Below are positions 36,676 through 49,747 of a DNA stretch of 51,409 nucleotides, piece by piece. Numbering within the stretch: position 1 is the stretch's first letter; every line of letters starts with the position of its first letter. A model generated the notes under the pieces. The model searched no databases and was not told the origin of the DNA. It was given only the letters and a program-made list of their open reading frames with translations. This DNA comes from Octopus bimaculoides. Taxonomy: Eukaryota. Both the position numbers and the translations under genes were made by a program. Location: the NCBI RefSeq assembly GCF_001194135.2, contig NC_068999.1, positions 39,119,877 through 39,171,285 on the forward strand, written 5' to 3'.

Positions 36676-38622
36676 TGATTAAAAGTTCTACATTGCGGTC
36701 GTTACTCTAAACAAAAAAAAAAGAACAAACCTGAACAAGCAAAACCCGAACAAATCATCACAAGATAATACAAAACAAAACAGCTAAACGTTCTGTGTCT
36801 CTTTGATATCATGCCGACTGTTAAACATATAAGGTAGTGAATACGTCAATAAAATTACAGAACATACTCTATTTATTGTCTACGATATGGTAGTGGTTGA
36901 TGGCATTGTTTTTCTTTAACCGCAGGTTGGCCACTTTGGGGTAGACATTATATACATCTGTTGATCTGAAACTATGAATTATCAACTGATTCAAAATATA
37001 AATATAATTTCTCGGGACGTCTACCCACCGGCTTATTGAGATTAAGAAATAAATTTTCATCTGTATTAATTCGTTTTTCTTCATCATACTATTTGACTAG
37101 TTTCAAAGTTAGAAAGCATCTGTTCGTTACTACAATAATACAGATTGGCCGCCCATTTCAATTTTCACAGACTCTCGCCACCCATGACAATCACTACTGA
37201 TGAGAATACCATATAGCGTCATTCAAGCTTGAGATTTTATTTTATTCGATTGAACCTAAAGAGTTTCTGCGTTTATCAAAGAGACTTACCCTCTCATTGA
37301 TGCATTGCAAAGTGTGTTGTTGGGATCCGTGATATTTCTTAGACAAAGGTAAATGCCAGATTTTGTCAATGAACATGACTCGCTTCATCAACATAAATGA
37401 AGTAGTGTTGAATTAGTGAGAAGGGTATCAGTAAGGATTTACAGTATGGGAGACTTAACAATTCAAACATGTGTTCACTCAAGTTAAGCATTTATTATTT
37501 GCCATCAACAGTTTTGTCGCGCTAACTACAATCTGGTCACAGATACAATCCTACCGCAAATTTTCTGTGTGATTTGAATGGCTAATAAGTGCTTGCCGCG
37601 CTGTAATTACTTTAGACTCAACACATACTTTCAGATGAAATCATTGGCTTGGAAAGTACATCCTTGAAATTAGTTCCAATATTGTATATGTATAGGTATA
37701 AAAATCAACAATTTCAGAAACAAATCATTACTTGAGAAAGTACAATGAAATCTCGAGTGTTGATAATGGGTGGTAAAGTTATCGAAACCTGCAAATTGTT
37801 ATCGCTATTTACTACATTTAATAAAATAATATTGCTCAATAAACAAACGATTTTTCCCCCCTACGTACATATTCTTGCTTAGAAGTTTTTGTTTCTCAGC
37901 ACGTCAATTATGTTAACACTAATTTTATCTCATTTTGAGAGGCAAGTAATTATCGTAATTTACACCGATGTATAGGAACAAATTTTCTCAGACACAAGAA
38001 AACGGAAGATCTTGTCTGAATGTATCAAAGCATAAAAATGTGAGACTTATTCCTGTTAAAGCTACTGTTTCTTTTTTTCTTTCAATTGTGCGGTGTCTTT
38101 CACCAACTTTCAGTTACTACCACTTGATAATACTACTTAAATAAATTATTTTAAGGTCCACTAGGTAGCATTAATTAAAATAAACCTCTGTACAGCTGTA
38201 ATCAAAAGGCCGTGTACAATCAAAAGTGGACAGACCTTTCCGGTGGTAAAAGTTGAGAAGAGAAAGTCTCTTTATAGGCAGTGTGTGTGAAAACACCAAA
38301 CTGCATTTTGAATGAGTTCATAGGACAGTGGACCCCGTGTTTCTGTGTCACTAAACTTCATAGCGCAGTAAGGATTATTGTTCGTATATGTAAACAGCAA
38401 GTAATGTATTTCCTGGCTTGTGCAAAACATTATGAAGCGGTTTTAATTAAAGATACCATAAGCGGCAGAGATTAAAATATAGCTTTGCAAATTCTTCTTC
38501 TCCTCCTCCCCCTTAGTCGTAGTCGTAATTGTCACTACTTTTTTTTATCATTCCCAGGGAACCTACAACAGGGTTTTAATTGCCACGTCCTAGAAATCTA
38601 AATCTCAAGGTACTTATATGTC

Positions 38623-38659
<37 letters not shown>

Positions 38660-39412
38660 CGTTATCATTATTATATGAGAAATATTGCTACTTACTCGTG
38701 TGCAATATTGTATAACTGCTGAGAAATCCTATATTTTCTTCTACAGTAGGGTTCGCTATTTTGACACCTCCTAGTTGATGAGATGTAAGAAAAGCGAAAC
38801 CAACTCCGTGTTATCTCTCGCGTTTGTGCAAATATTTAAAATGATACCACATCACTTATGATATTTTTATTTATCACAATTATTTCTACAAAGATTTTTG
38901 ATGTTTATTGCGTTAAATATGTTAACACAAACTTTGGTATTACTTTTCGCCATAGTTAACGTCACTGCATAATGTTAATTATTGTTATCACTAACTAAAT
39001 TACTGATCGTGTTTAAGTCTGTCACTACGCTCGTATATCTTCACTACAATAGTGATAAACGTTACTATCCTCCACACTTATCGAAATTAGGATCCAACCT
39101 ATTGTTTACTGCTGTCAACGTAGATACGGTATTTATATTATTCATTCATTTATTAATATTTTTTCCTACGTGGCTTCAAAACAACACAGCACATTATATG
39201 ATAACAAAAGACAAAAATAAATAATGAAAAAAAAAATGTAAAAATAACAAATACACCCACTCATTCATTTGACATTCTTTTGTCTTTCACAGGTCTCAAA
39301 ATTTCTATAGTCTTGTTGAAATTGCATAACAAAACTCAACTTCCAAAATCTCCTCAGTGACATAGAATCGATTTTTCTATTTGGAAATTTAATTCTGACT
39401 GAGAAAATAAAA

Positions 39413-39415
<3 letters not shown>

Positions 39416-39478
<63 letters not shown>
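39416..39478. repeat. (GA)n microsatellite
   Basis: Direct read of the sequence. Confidence 0.95.
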
Positions 39479-39481
<3 letters not shown>

Positions 39482-40357
39482 GAAATTGCTACCTGAAAGT
39501 AAACATTAATAAATAAATAAATAAAATGTAATTGTTCGACTATTCTTCCTTACTTTCAGAATTACCAATATTGTTATCGACTCGGAATTCTTATTTTTGT
39601 AAGTGTTTTTGTTTTCTTTAATGTCGTAGTAGAAATGACAGTGTTTGAATTAATATTGCGTAGTGTATAGTTTAATTACGACTGGAAGAGTGAAATCTTG
39701 CAGCCAACTAATTGTCCGCATTCATGCAACACACCCTCCTCATCTTAACCAGGATGTAAGTAATTGGTCGTACAGAAAACGCCTGTAACTGGTCTAAATG
39801 TTATTAACCTTGGAATTCTTGCAATTCAGAAGGCAAAAGTCTTTTCTGAAAATGTATACCTTTAACGTAATGTAAAAGGAAAATCGACGTGACACTGCGA
39901 GGTAATGCAGGACCTTTTAAACATGATAATAATGCAATGTATCTTACGTGCTTCGACACTGTCTCCTTGTATTTATCTTCACTCAAAAGCTTTGGGCCAA
40001 TCTCAGGATATAGCAAAAGACATTTGCCCCAGATGCTATGCAATGAGATTAAGCATAAGGCCTACTAATATGAATATTTTAAAACTATTCTGCTATTTTG
40101 CATCAGTCTGTAGAAATACAGGCATTATAATTGTATTTGAATATATTTTATTATGTCATCGCGCAAATGGATTTCACGTAGGTATCTTCCTATGGCTGTG
40201 CATCATCTAAAGAGAATTAATAAGATGTTATTAGGACAGATGACAGCTTCATAAAGGTCTGCGGTTACCTAAATCTTATAATTTGAAAGTCTGAAAGTAA
40301 ACGGCGTTCGCCAGAAGTTTTTAAACTACAATAATAAAGCTCTATTTTTGTTTTTAG

Positions 40358-40455
40358 GCCATGAAATAACACGAAAACTTTCATTTGTTCGGCAAATAAT
40401 ATACCCGGAGAATTACCCCAAAGTCTGTCCGCTATTAATATCCATTACGTTGGTT
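40358..40455 (+). CDS. Possible exon with a UBC/RWD-like YPxxxP motif
   Basis: Strong acceptor ctctatttttgtttttag|. The phase-1 frame HEITRKLSFVRQIIYPENYPKVCPLLISI fits FxxxIxFPxxYPxxxP. The donor is undefined. Confidence 0.2.
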
Positions 40456-40813
40456 TTATTCGTAGTTAATTATGTAGCAATTAAAGTGTTAAATATTTTT
40501 TTCGGCATTGCAGCTAATTGGTCATGGTGTTGTTGGTAGCAGACCAAGAACTCTCCCAATATTTATCGATCTCTGAACACCATCGAATATCTGTTGAATA
40601 CCTTTATTTATTCTTTATTTTTACATACTTTCACCGTTTTATTTTTTCAGCTATGTGCTGACAACGAGCATTATTATGGTGTGCAAATTCGGCTGCAGGT
40701 CATAGATACTGCAGGGATAAATCAAGGAATGAATATTTAAAGGGAAAATTGTTAGTATCACTTGTTACAACCATTTGTTTGAAACCAAGCAATAACGTAA
40801 AGTCTGTCATACC

Positions 40814-40853
40814 GGCCATGACGAAGGGAAATAGCCCTGAAACTCGAGTCGCC
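40814..40853 (+). ncRNA. Type I minimal hammerhead ribozyme motif (Penelope-type)
   Basis: GGC-CATGACGA-AGGG aaatag CCCT-GAAA-C TCGA GT-C-GCC. Stem I is GGC/GCC, stem II has 4 bp, stem III is the palindrome ACTCGAGT, and the GUC site ends at 40850. The core has one deviation (an extra A, or C3A). Confidence 0.65.
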
Positions 40854-41456
40854 TTTATATATATATATTTATATATTTGATCCTTTATATTGAACACTCA
40901 ATATTTCATCTACATTCAATACTTTCTTTCATGGTGCCATCCATTTTTATGTTATTTTATATTGTATATCATATATTCCATATTCTATACCCCACATTAG
41001 TTCTGCAGGAATATAAATAAAACATAAAAAACAGACAGTGTTGGAACTCTTTTAAGCAAAATAATATATTCCTCTATACACAATCATACAAAAAACCCCA
41101 CCTTTTTTGTATTTATTTTTACTCGCATATATATATATANNNNNNNNNNNNNNNNNNNNNNNNNNNNNNNNNNNNNNNNNNNNNNNNNNNNNNNNNNNNN
41201 NNNNNNNNNNNNNNNNNNNNNNNNNNNNNNNNNNNNNNNNNNNNNNNNNNNNNNNNNNNNNNNNNNNNNNNNNNNNNNNNNNNNNNNNNNNNNNNNNNNN
41301 NNNNNNNNNNNNNNNNNNNNNNNNNNNNNNNNNNNNNNNNNNNNNNNNNNNNNNNNNNNNNNNNNNNNNNNNNNNNNNNNNNNNNNNNNNNNNNNNNNNN
41401 NNNNNNNNNNNNNNNNNNNNNCTTGATAGGATCAATATTTTAAATATCGATCTTAT

Positions 41457-41503
<47 letters not shown>

Positions 41504-41648
41504 CCAGTTTTGAAACTTTTACGTTGCATGCTTTGGAGTCGATTCGAACGTTTGGTTCTCATTTGCAGACACGTCTGTCGCAGCATATATTCATTTATTT
41601 ATTTGTTCCAATTCATAATAATATGTATTCAATATGACTAAAACAAAG

Positions 41649-41820
41649 GGCGGTGAGCTGGCAGATTCGTTAGCACGGAGGGAGAAATGCTTAGCGGTAA
41701 TTGGTCTGTCTTTACGTTCAGATCCCGTCGCGGTCGACTTTGCCTTTCATCGATAAATTAAGTACCAGTTGCGTACTGATTTTGATCTAATTGACTGGCC
41801 CCCTCCCTCAAAATTTTCTA
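41649..41820 (+). mobile_element. tRNA-derived SINE (internally deleted copy)
   Basis: ggcggtgagctggcagattcgttagcac...ggtcgactttgcctttcatcgataaattaagtaccagttgcgtact, highly similar to 49748. Confidence 0.9.
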
Positions 41821-41947
41821 TTCATTGAGTACATTGAACATATACCCATTTGTGTTGTGTAAAAGTTTTGTCTGCTATATTGTGTATTAAAAACGGGCAA
41901 CCAGCAAAAAAATTGGATGTTTCTATCCCTATAAAAGAAACTGGTTT

Positions 41948-42137
<190 letters not shown>

Positions 42138-42637
42138 ACTACAAAAGAGTAGTTATTTTAAATGCAAGCTGATAACTTACGAACATTCTATAAAAAATAA
42201 AAAAAAAACATATCGAATGATTGGAAACATTTAGAATCCTTTAATATAAACAAGTATACATTTATCCCTTCCGATTGGTAAATCAATTATAATTAATATT
42301 TTAATGTTATTTTTCTTTATTATTGGTATATTTCTTTGCCTTACGACAATAACATACCCTCTTTTAGATTTCTTTATATCTGTCCATTTACCTTATATTG
42401 TATTGAGTATGAACGGTTAGTGATATGAATTCATTCTGACCTAACTAAGTTTGCTTCTACTATAAACAAATAAAAAAAATGTTTTTCAGTTTATCGAACA
42501 TCGATATGAGAAAACGCCAATAAACTATGATTGTTCCCGAAAATTGTTTCTTTGGACTTACCACGGACTGCTCAAAGCTTACTAACTTCCTACACCTGGA
42601 TGCTTGAAACTTACAACCACATATCAAAATATGTATG

Positions 42638-42672
<35 letters not shown>

Positions 42673-42924
42673 TACATTTTATCTTTTACTTCTTCCAATC
42701 ATTAGGCTGCATCACCTCTACCACCACATTCACTGTCACCACCATCATCACCACTACAAACCACCACCGCTTCTACTTCAGCTTCGTCATCATCTGATCA
42801 TCAACATGTTTATCATCATCACCAAACTCGCCAATGGCACATTATTTTTTTTTTACATAGAACAAAGTTTCTTGCAGCTTTCAAAGAAACACGAAAGTTC
42901 GTCTAATGCATTTTCCGAATTGAA

Positions 42925-42943
42925 AATAATAATCATAATGATG

Positions 42944-42985
<42 letters not shown>

Positions 42986-43005
42986 TTGATGATGGTGATA
43001 ATAAT
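42925..43005. repeat. (AAT)n microsatellite
   Basis: Direct read of the sequence. Confidence 0.9.
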
Positions 43006-43811
43006 AGTACACAAGTAAATAAATTAAAACATTTTCCATTTATGTTTCTATTTTATCATTATTTATGTTGTTGCTATTTAGCGAAGTAAAACCAGGAAAA
43101 AAGAAAAAAAAATTCTCCCAATTAAAGAAAGAATTTTTCAGATATACGTCTAGACGGAAGTTAAGACCGAACTAAAGAGATTTTGTTTTTGATGTTATAT
43201 AATTTACGGGAATCATTGATAAAAGTCAGTTAAGGTGATAAAATGTACTTTTGTAAATTGAAACCTGATGTATTTAAGCTGGTTTTATGTTGAAAATTCG
43301 TTTACCAATATAATTATGCCCACTAATTTCTGCTGAAAACGATACATCAATCCGTGTTTATGATTGGTTATATTCATTTATTTATTACTATTTACTTTTT
43401 TGGCTAAATAAATTCATTGCTTTTTACCAAAGAAATACGTATTGCTGAAGTCGCTACAGTAATGGTCGTTACTTTTCTGCTACTTCCTGTATATATTTAA
43501 AGAGGAGATACCTATTGGTTGGGTTGTTGTTGGGTAAATGATTTTATATATTCTGTTGTAGTTGTTTTAGTGGAGTTCATATAGTGCTGTAAAGAATGGA
43601 AAACACATTCGTTATTCTGTACGTGTGTATGTGTACGAGCGCGCGTTCTCGGATAAACCATGCGTATGTCAATCAGAATTATTGAAACCGCGGTTGAATA
43701 ATTGCGAATATTGTATGAAGTCCTTATTACTGTATATATATATATACGTAACATATGGTATATTTATAAACAGGGCAAATTTTAGCCATTTCTCCGCAGA
43801 CTGAAAAAATG

Positions 43812-43870
43812 ATAAACGACCTTAATCGAATTTCGAAACTTATTGAGTTCTCATCAGGTGTCCACATCAT
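43812..43870 (-). ncRNA. Degenerate minimal hammerhead motif
   Basis: Minus strand ggacac-CTGATGA-GAAC tcaataa GTTTC-GAAA-T TCGA TT-A-aggtcg. Stem I is partially in register. Confidence 0.45.
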
Positions 43871-43898
43871 TTTGACAATCTGCAGACAGTATACACAT

Positions 43899-43960
<62 letters not shown>

Positions 43961-43965
43961 GCATA

Positions 43966-44851
43966 TAAGTGCAGTGATCAATAAGTATCCGGACTGTTGC
44001 CATAAAAGTGAACCTAGCGCGCGCAGCGTAAAGCTGCTTGGCACAGATTGATCTTTAACTGTTATGCATGTGCACTGAGAATTAGCATTGTAGATCACCT
44101 CCGCTGCTTACTGCAGTGCTTGGAAAGCTCGTGTGTAGCGTGTGATCGTCGCATTGGCCATTACCGAGAAGGTTGAGCAGAGAATCTGCATCACATTTTA
44201 CCAAACAATTCGCGATACCTACTCAGAAGCCTACACAGTTTTAAAATACTTTGATCGCTTCAACTGAATCAAGGAGATCTTGTGCAATTAAAACCCGAGT
44301 GTCCTTTTGGTCAGCTGAAAGCAGTTTTGGCACAAACTTGACTGACACGCGTCTCGTACACAAATGTTCAGTAATAATAAACTGAACTAAACCGTAACTA
44401 ATCTGCACATCCTCTGATAAAACACATATGGTGATTCAACGTCGTTTTCCTCAGAGCTGCATGGACATCTGCGATGCTCTGCTGAGTTATGTTGGTTGCG
44501 CGTCTCCCAGAAAGATCATCTTTATCGAAATTTTTGCAGCCACATTGGAAACATCAGAAACACTCGTACACTTGTGTGCGGCTCATACACTCCTCTCCAT
44601 ACACTTCGTGCAATATTGCGTAAGCCTCTGAGAAGGTAACGCCATGACAACTTTGTCATAGTCAATGCGATGATCAAATACTACACATGCTCCATCAAAG
44701 CAATGCTGAAACAACCCAAGTGGGCTAGAGCGCTAAAACTTAGGGCTCATGCACAACAAAATTCCAAGTTCAATCTGCGCCAAGCGGCTACACTGTGTGC
44801 TTTAACCTCGTTACTATGGCAACAGTCCTGATACATATTGATCAGACCTCA
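43966..44851. mobile_element. Non-autonomous mariner made of two inverted 5' ends
   Basis: TIRs tgatcaataagtatccggactgttgccata and rc tgatcaatatgtatcaggactgttgccata. The left arm encodes TEKVEQRICITF on +. The right arm encodes EVYGEECMSRTQVYE...RRVSVKFVPKLLSADQK on -. TA follows the right end at 44852. Confidence 0.85.
44810..44823. promoter_or_regulatory. Perfect RFX X-box consensus (GTTACTATGGCAAC) inside the mariner right end
   Basis: Matches GTTRCY-AT-RGYAAC. It is a motif match only. Confidence 0.35.
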
Positions 44852-44857
44852 TATTTT

Positions 44858-44895
<38 letters not shown>

Positions 44896-45434
44896 AATAT
44901 ATAACAAGGAAAATGCCGTGTACGACGTTCAAAAAATTGTCAAACAGTTAACTCTCAGCCCCTTTTTGTTGCACATTAGTATAGCAAGCATATTCGTGCG
45001 GACATTCGTAATTTATTCACTTTGTAGTTGGCTCCGAAATTAACAGAATGGGTTCTGTTCATTTTATCCTGCACTGCGCATTAAATGGATAATCATGAAT
45101 GCCGAGCCATGAAAACCACTCAGGTACTCAACACTGTTGAGTTTCTTTTATTCACCTCGTATTATTTTTACCATGAAGGCGTCTGCCACAAACATTGTAT
45201 AAGCTACTTTCCACGGCTATCCCACTGTACTCTTTCTGTCGCCATCAATTTTGCCGATGCAATCCACCAGTGACCTTCTTGGAGTATATTCGAAATATAC
45301 AAATGATACTATCTACTACTAAGCTAACCTGATATTTCTGGTTTATAGGCAGTTGATCTGCGTTTTGGCGTCGGTGAAGATATCAGCCACGTATTTCTTT
45401 GGTGAACGATCACCAAATTATGAAACAATCAATA

Positions 45435-45738
45435 AAACCCACACTGTTCCCGGTACATCAACAGCAGTAAAAGAATACACACACACACCCCCACCCACAC
45501 ACACACTGGTTTGTTACACTGAAAGGCCTAGTACAGTCGCATTCTTGGAGATTTTATNNNNNNNNNNNNNNNNNNNNNNNNNNNNNNNNNNNNNNNNNNN
45601 NNNNNNNNNNNNNNNAAACCCACACTGTTCCCGGTACATCAACAGCAGTAAAAGAATACACACACACACCCCCACCCACACACACACTGGTTTGTTACAC
45701 TGAAAGGCCTAGTACAGTCGCATTCTTGGAGATTTTAT
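45435..45738 (+). repeat. Identical 123-nt duplication across a 58-N gap (probable scaffolding artefact)
   Basis: 45435-45557 equals 45616-45738 with no mismatches seen. Confidence 0.85.
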
Positions 45739-46599
45739 CAAAATTGGTGTCGCCATTTCTAACTAACACACGAATGGCAAATCTTTCAAGTTTTTATAGA
45801 TTTACTTGAATATTTGGTCGATATGTGGCTATGTTAAATGCTGAGCTGCGGCTATCGAAAACTTTTGTACTCACACACATGCGCGTACACACATACACAC
45901 ACATATCAGGTAAAATGGGTGGGAGAAAAAAAAGAAAAATAGTCTAATAATATACACCAGGTAAAAATCTGGACGATGGGAGTCATTCTTCAAATAAATG
46001 TGTTTTCACCGATGTATCGATGACGAAATATTTCATTGCTTCAACATCATCAAATAGAGATCGATCGACTATATTTGAAACTTTGTCTTTGGTTAAATAT
46101 AAATTTCTAATTCAACAAATTCACAGTTTACAAGAAGAAGAAAATAAAAATTATAATTTACTTAGTACGATTGGGATGTGAATGGCATGTTTTAAATAAT
46201 ATATTTTTTAAAAATATATTTTACAAAATTGTGTAATGTGTGAAACTTTTCTAAAATAAATGCATGTAATACTTCAACTGAATAAAATTATTTATAAAAA
46301 CAGGTTTAAAATTTTCAAAATTCTCTAAACATATTAACGTGTTTAGAGAGTTCATATATGGAGCAGTAGAATGTCTCAAAGAGAAAGAAATAACCAAAAC
46401 AATGTTATTAGATGCGAATATTATTGCAATGAAAACTTCATGGAATATTAATGAAATTATTTAAATTTCTGCTTATTGGTATTCAGATAGCACAACAAAT
46501 AGTTTTGTAAGCATTGGAAATATAAATTTATTTTCATTACAGTTATTTGAAATTTATAATTATATTTAACCTATAATATAAACACAAAGGTTAATATAA

Positions 46600-46807
46600 A
46601 TTATTTAGGAAAATATATGCGTCTGTGTCTCCGTGTATATGTACACATGCACGCAAATATGTATGCATATACATGTACATATAGGCATTCCGGAACACAC
46701 AGACACACCCACAAACATATACACACGCAAAGGTGTGTGAATGTTTATGCATTTCACATACATCTACATATGAATATATTATTTTCAGATAAATATTCAT
46801 ACATGCG

Positions 46808-46854
<47 letters not shown>

Positions 46855-46971
46855 CATACACGCAGAAGTATATATGTATACATATACCCATATATTCATG
46901 CATATGTATGTATACATCTATATCTATATACATGTATATGTACATATTCATATCATATACTCATATATACA

Positions 46972-47026
<55 letters not shown>

Positions 47027-47627
47027 ATATATATATAAACATATATATATATATAAACATACATATATGCGTATATATATTTATATATATACATACATGC
47101 AGATTTAGATATAGAATCAGGGATGTATATAATGCTGTACGCACCCACATCTAAGCACAAACACACAGGTACAAACGAACACATACGTACATATACATGT
47201 ATACATATATATTTTTAATATATTTTATAAAAATGCGCGCATAAACAAAGGTGTAAATCAAAGAGTGTTGCATTGTATTTGAAAAACCAAGCAACAAGTA
47301 TGAAATAACGTGTTCATTTCTTTCACTGCAGTGTGGCAGTGTGTGGAGTTATTACAAACCGGTGCCTTACCTCGCTTCCCAACTTATTACATATTTACTG
47401 TTTAGAAAATATATACGTACAAACAGACACACAGACATTGCACACATGCATAAATATATACATTATGTATATATGTATAATCATATGCATAGACATATTG
47501 TACGTATAGAGATGCTTATTTATAGATGCATACATACACTTTTATACATGATATGTAATATTCATGTAACTGCGCGCGTACACACATACTATATTTATAT
47601 AAAAGTATATCCATATATGAACACGAA

Positions 47628-47681
<54 letters not shown>

Positions 47682-47959
47682 TTTACACATGCATAAACTC
47701 ATACTTAGATACATGTATATACTGTAATTCTTTATGTAAGCAAATAAAGACAAAATTTCGATTTAAATGTAAAAGTTAAGTGAAGGTAAAGGGAATAAAA
47801 TCTATAAACATTATAATTTTACACAAAGAATCATAAAACTTCTCTGTTGCAAAATGAAATTTAACTAATTGCTAGGCAATATATTCTACAGTAACAAAAT
47901 AACGAAATAATAACGATGGAAATGAAAAAACAATAATAATATTAACACCGCAAAATGTG

Positions 47960-47991
<32 letters not shown>

Positions 47992-48355
47992 AGTATACAC
48001 ACATACAAACACGCAAGCACTCACATATATGTATAAATGCTTCTGTACATAAGTGATTGCAGAAATGTACACAATTCGTATGTACGAACGAATGTAATAG
48101 GAATCTATGTAACCTCATATGTGTAAATATATATATTCATGTATGAATTTATACTGTGGAGTACTATATTGTGAGGAATGCTATTACAGTAAGTATACAT
48201 CTGAGTACAATGTATAATGGCAGAATTTTATATTCAGTTTATATGAGAGGTTCAAAATACGAGTAGGCTTTCAATGCGAGAGCGCGCATATATGTGTGTG
48301 TATACATATATATGTACATGTATGTATCTATATATACGTGTGTGTGTGTGTGTGT

Positions 48356-48386
<31 letters not shown>

Positions 48387-48548
48387 CGGGCATGCGTATA
48401 TATATATATATATATACATGTACACACATACATACATACATTTATGTTTATGTCTTCGCGCTTGTGTATGTATATCCATATCTATTTATATATCTACCTA
48501 TATATGCATATGTGTGTGTGTGTGTGTGTATATCATAAGACACACATA

Positions 48549-48599
<51 letters not shown>

Positions 48600-48780
48600 T
48601 CAACCTTGTGACGATACGCACGTTTACACATATCTATACAGAAACATATCTATGCTTATCCACCTAAGTCCATAAATACATAAGACATACATAAATACAC
48701 ACACACGTACCTACATATAGACGAACAAAAATACATACATGAACACATATCCACGCATGTATATACGCACAAACATACAC
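46600..48780. repeat. Extended TA/CA/TG/TACA low-complexity region
   Basis: Multiple microsatellite blocks. Confidence 0.9.
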
Positions 48781-49747
48781 ACCTTCATTTATAGACAGGC
48801 TTACTTTGTGAAAATTGTTTCTGTGAAGTGAATGCAATATTTTGAATAAATCAAAGAATTTCTGATCAAACTTTTATTTACCAATTTTCTCACTTTGATC
48901 TTAAAGTTTCATGTTTGAAATAGGTAAGATATTATGTGATTTATTTTTGTACCTTATTTTTACATGAAACTTTGTTAACCATAGTTACAGAGTGAATAAT
49001 TCAATTCAAATTTTCATATTTCATTTTCGAATTTCCTTCATTATTCACCAAGCAATCTTGTTCAGGTAGCTGAAGTTAACTCATTCCTTAAAGTAACATG
49101 TGCGCTGCAATAGAGGGACTTCCTTTCAATGGCGAATCAAGCATGTTTAATCTATTTCATTTATTTCCTTCCTTATGCATGGCAATAATCAATGATTATA
49201 TACATACATATATATATTATAGTGTATAAATGTGCAAAATATATGACTGTGTACGTGTGTGAGTTTGTCTGCATATATATTTTCGTGTGCGTGTACATTC
49301 ATGTATTTTTATGTGTATTTTTTTTCTGTTTCCTCACATTTCATTCACACACATACATAATACACATATAAATACATGCACACATATATTCATATAACTT
49401 TATACATATATACAATAGCATTACATAGTATACACACACACACATACATAAACTCGTTTGTACGTATACACTTGCTTGCATAGTTATTTTTTCAAACACG
49501 AATACACACTTAAACTCACACGCGCACACACATTCACGTATCTATATGAATATATTTGAAAAGTTTGTCTCTGTATGTATATGTGTGTGCGTGTGTGAAA
49601 GACAGGGAGATGGATAGAAGGGGTTTCGGAGAGAGTCACACAGACATGTGCGGCCATCGTTGCTGCTCAGCAGTTCAGGAATGAGGTCAATAGTTATTAG
49701 AAAGTTAGAACCAAAGAAACTTTTTCTTAACGAAATATTTATGTTCA

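Noticed and set aside
38775-38810. TTGATGAG...CGAAAC motif
   Set aside because: Stems II and III do not pair.
41910-41946. GAAACTGGTT preceded by a hairpin next to (TA)n
   Set aside because: The 5' core is too degenerate to support a hammerhead call.
43750-43800. Minus-strand VCGEMAK resembling a nuclear-receptor zinc finger start
   Set aside because: The preceding Cys and the downstream HYG/CxxC pattern are absent.
45435-45738. Perfect 123-nt tandem duplication as a biological event
   Set aside because: Exact identity on both sides of a small N-gap is typical of unmerged contig overlap.
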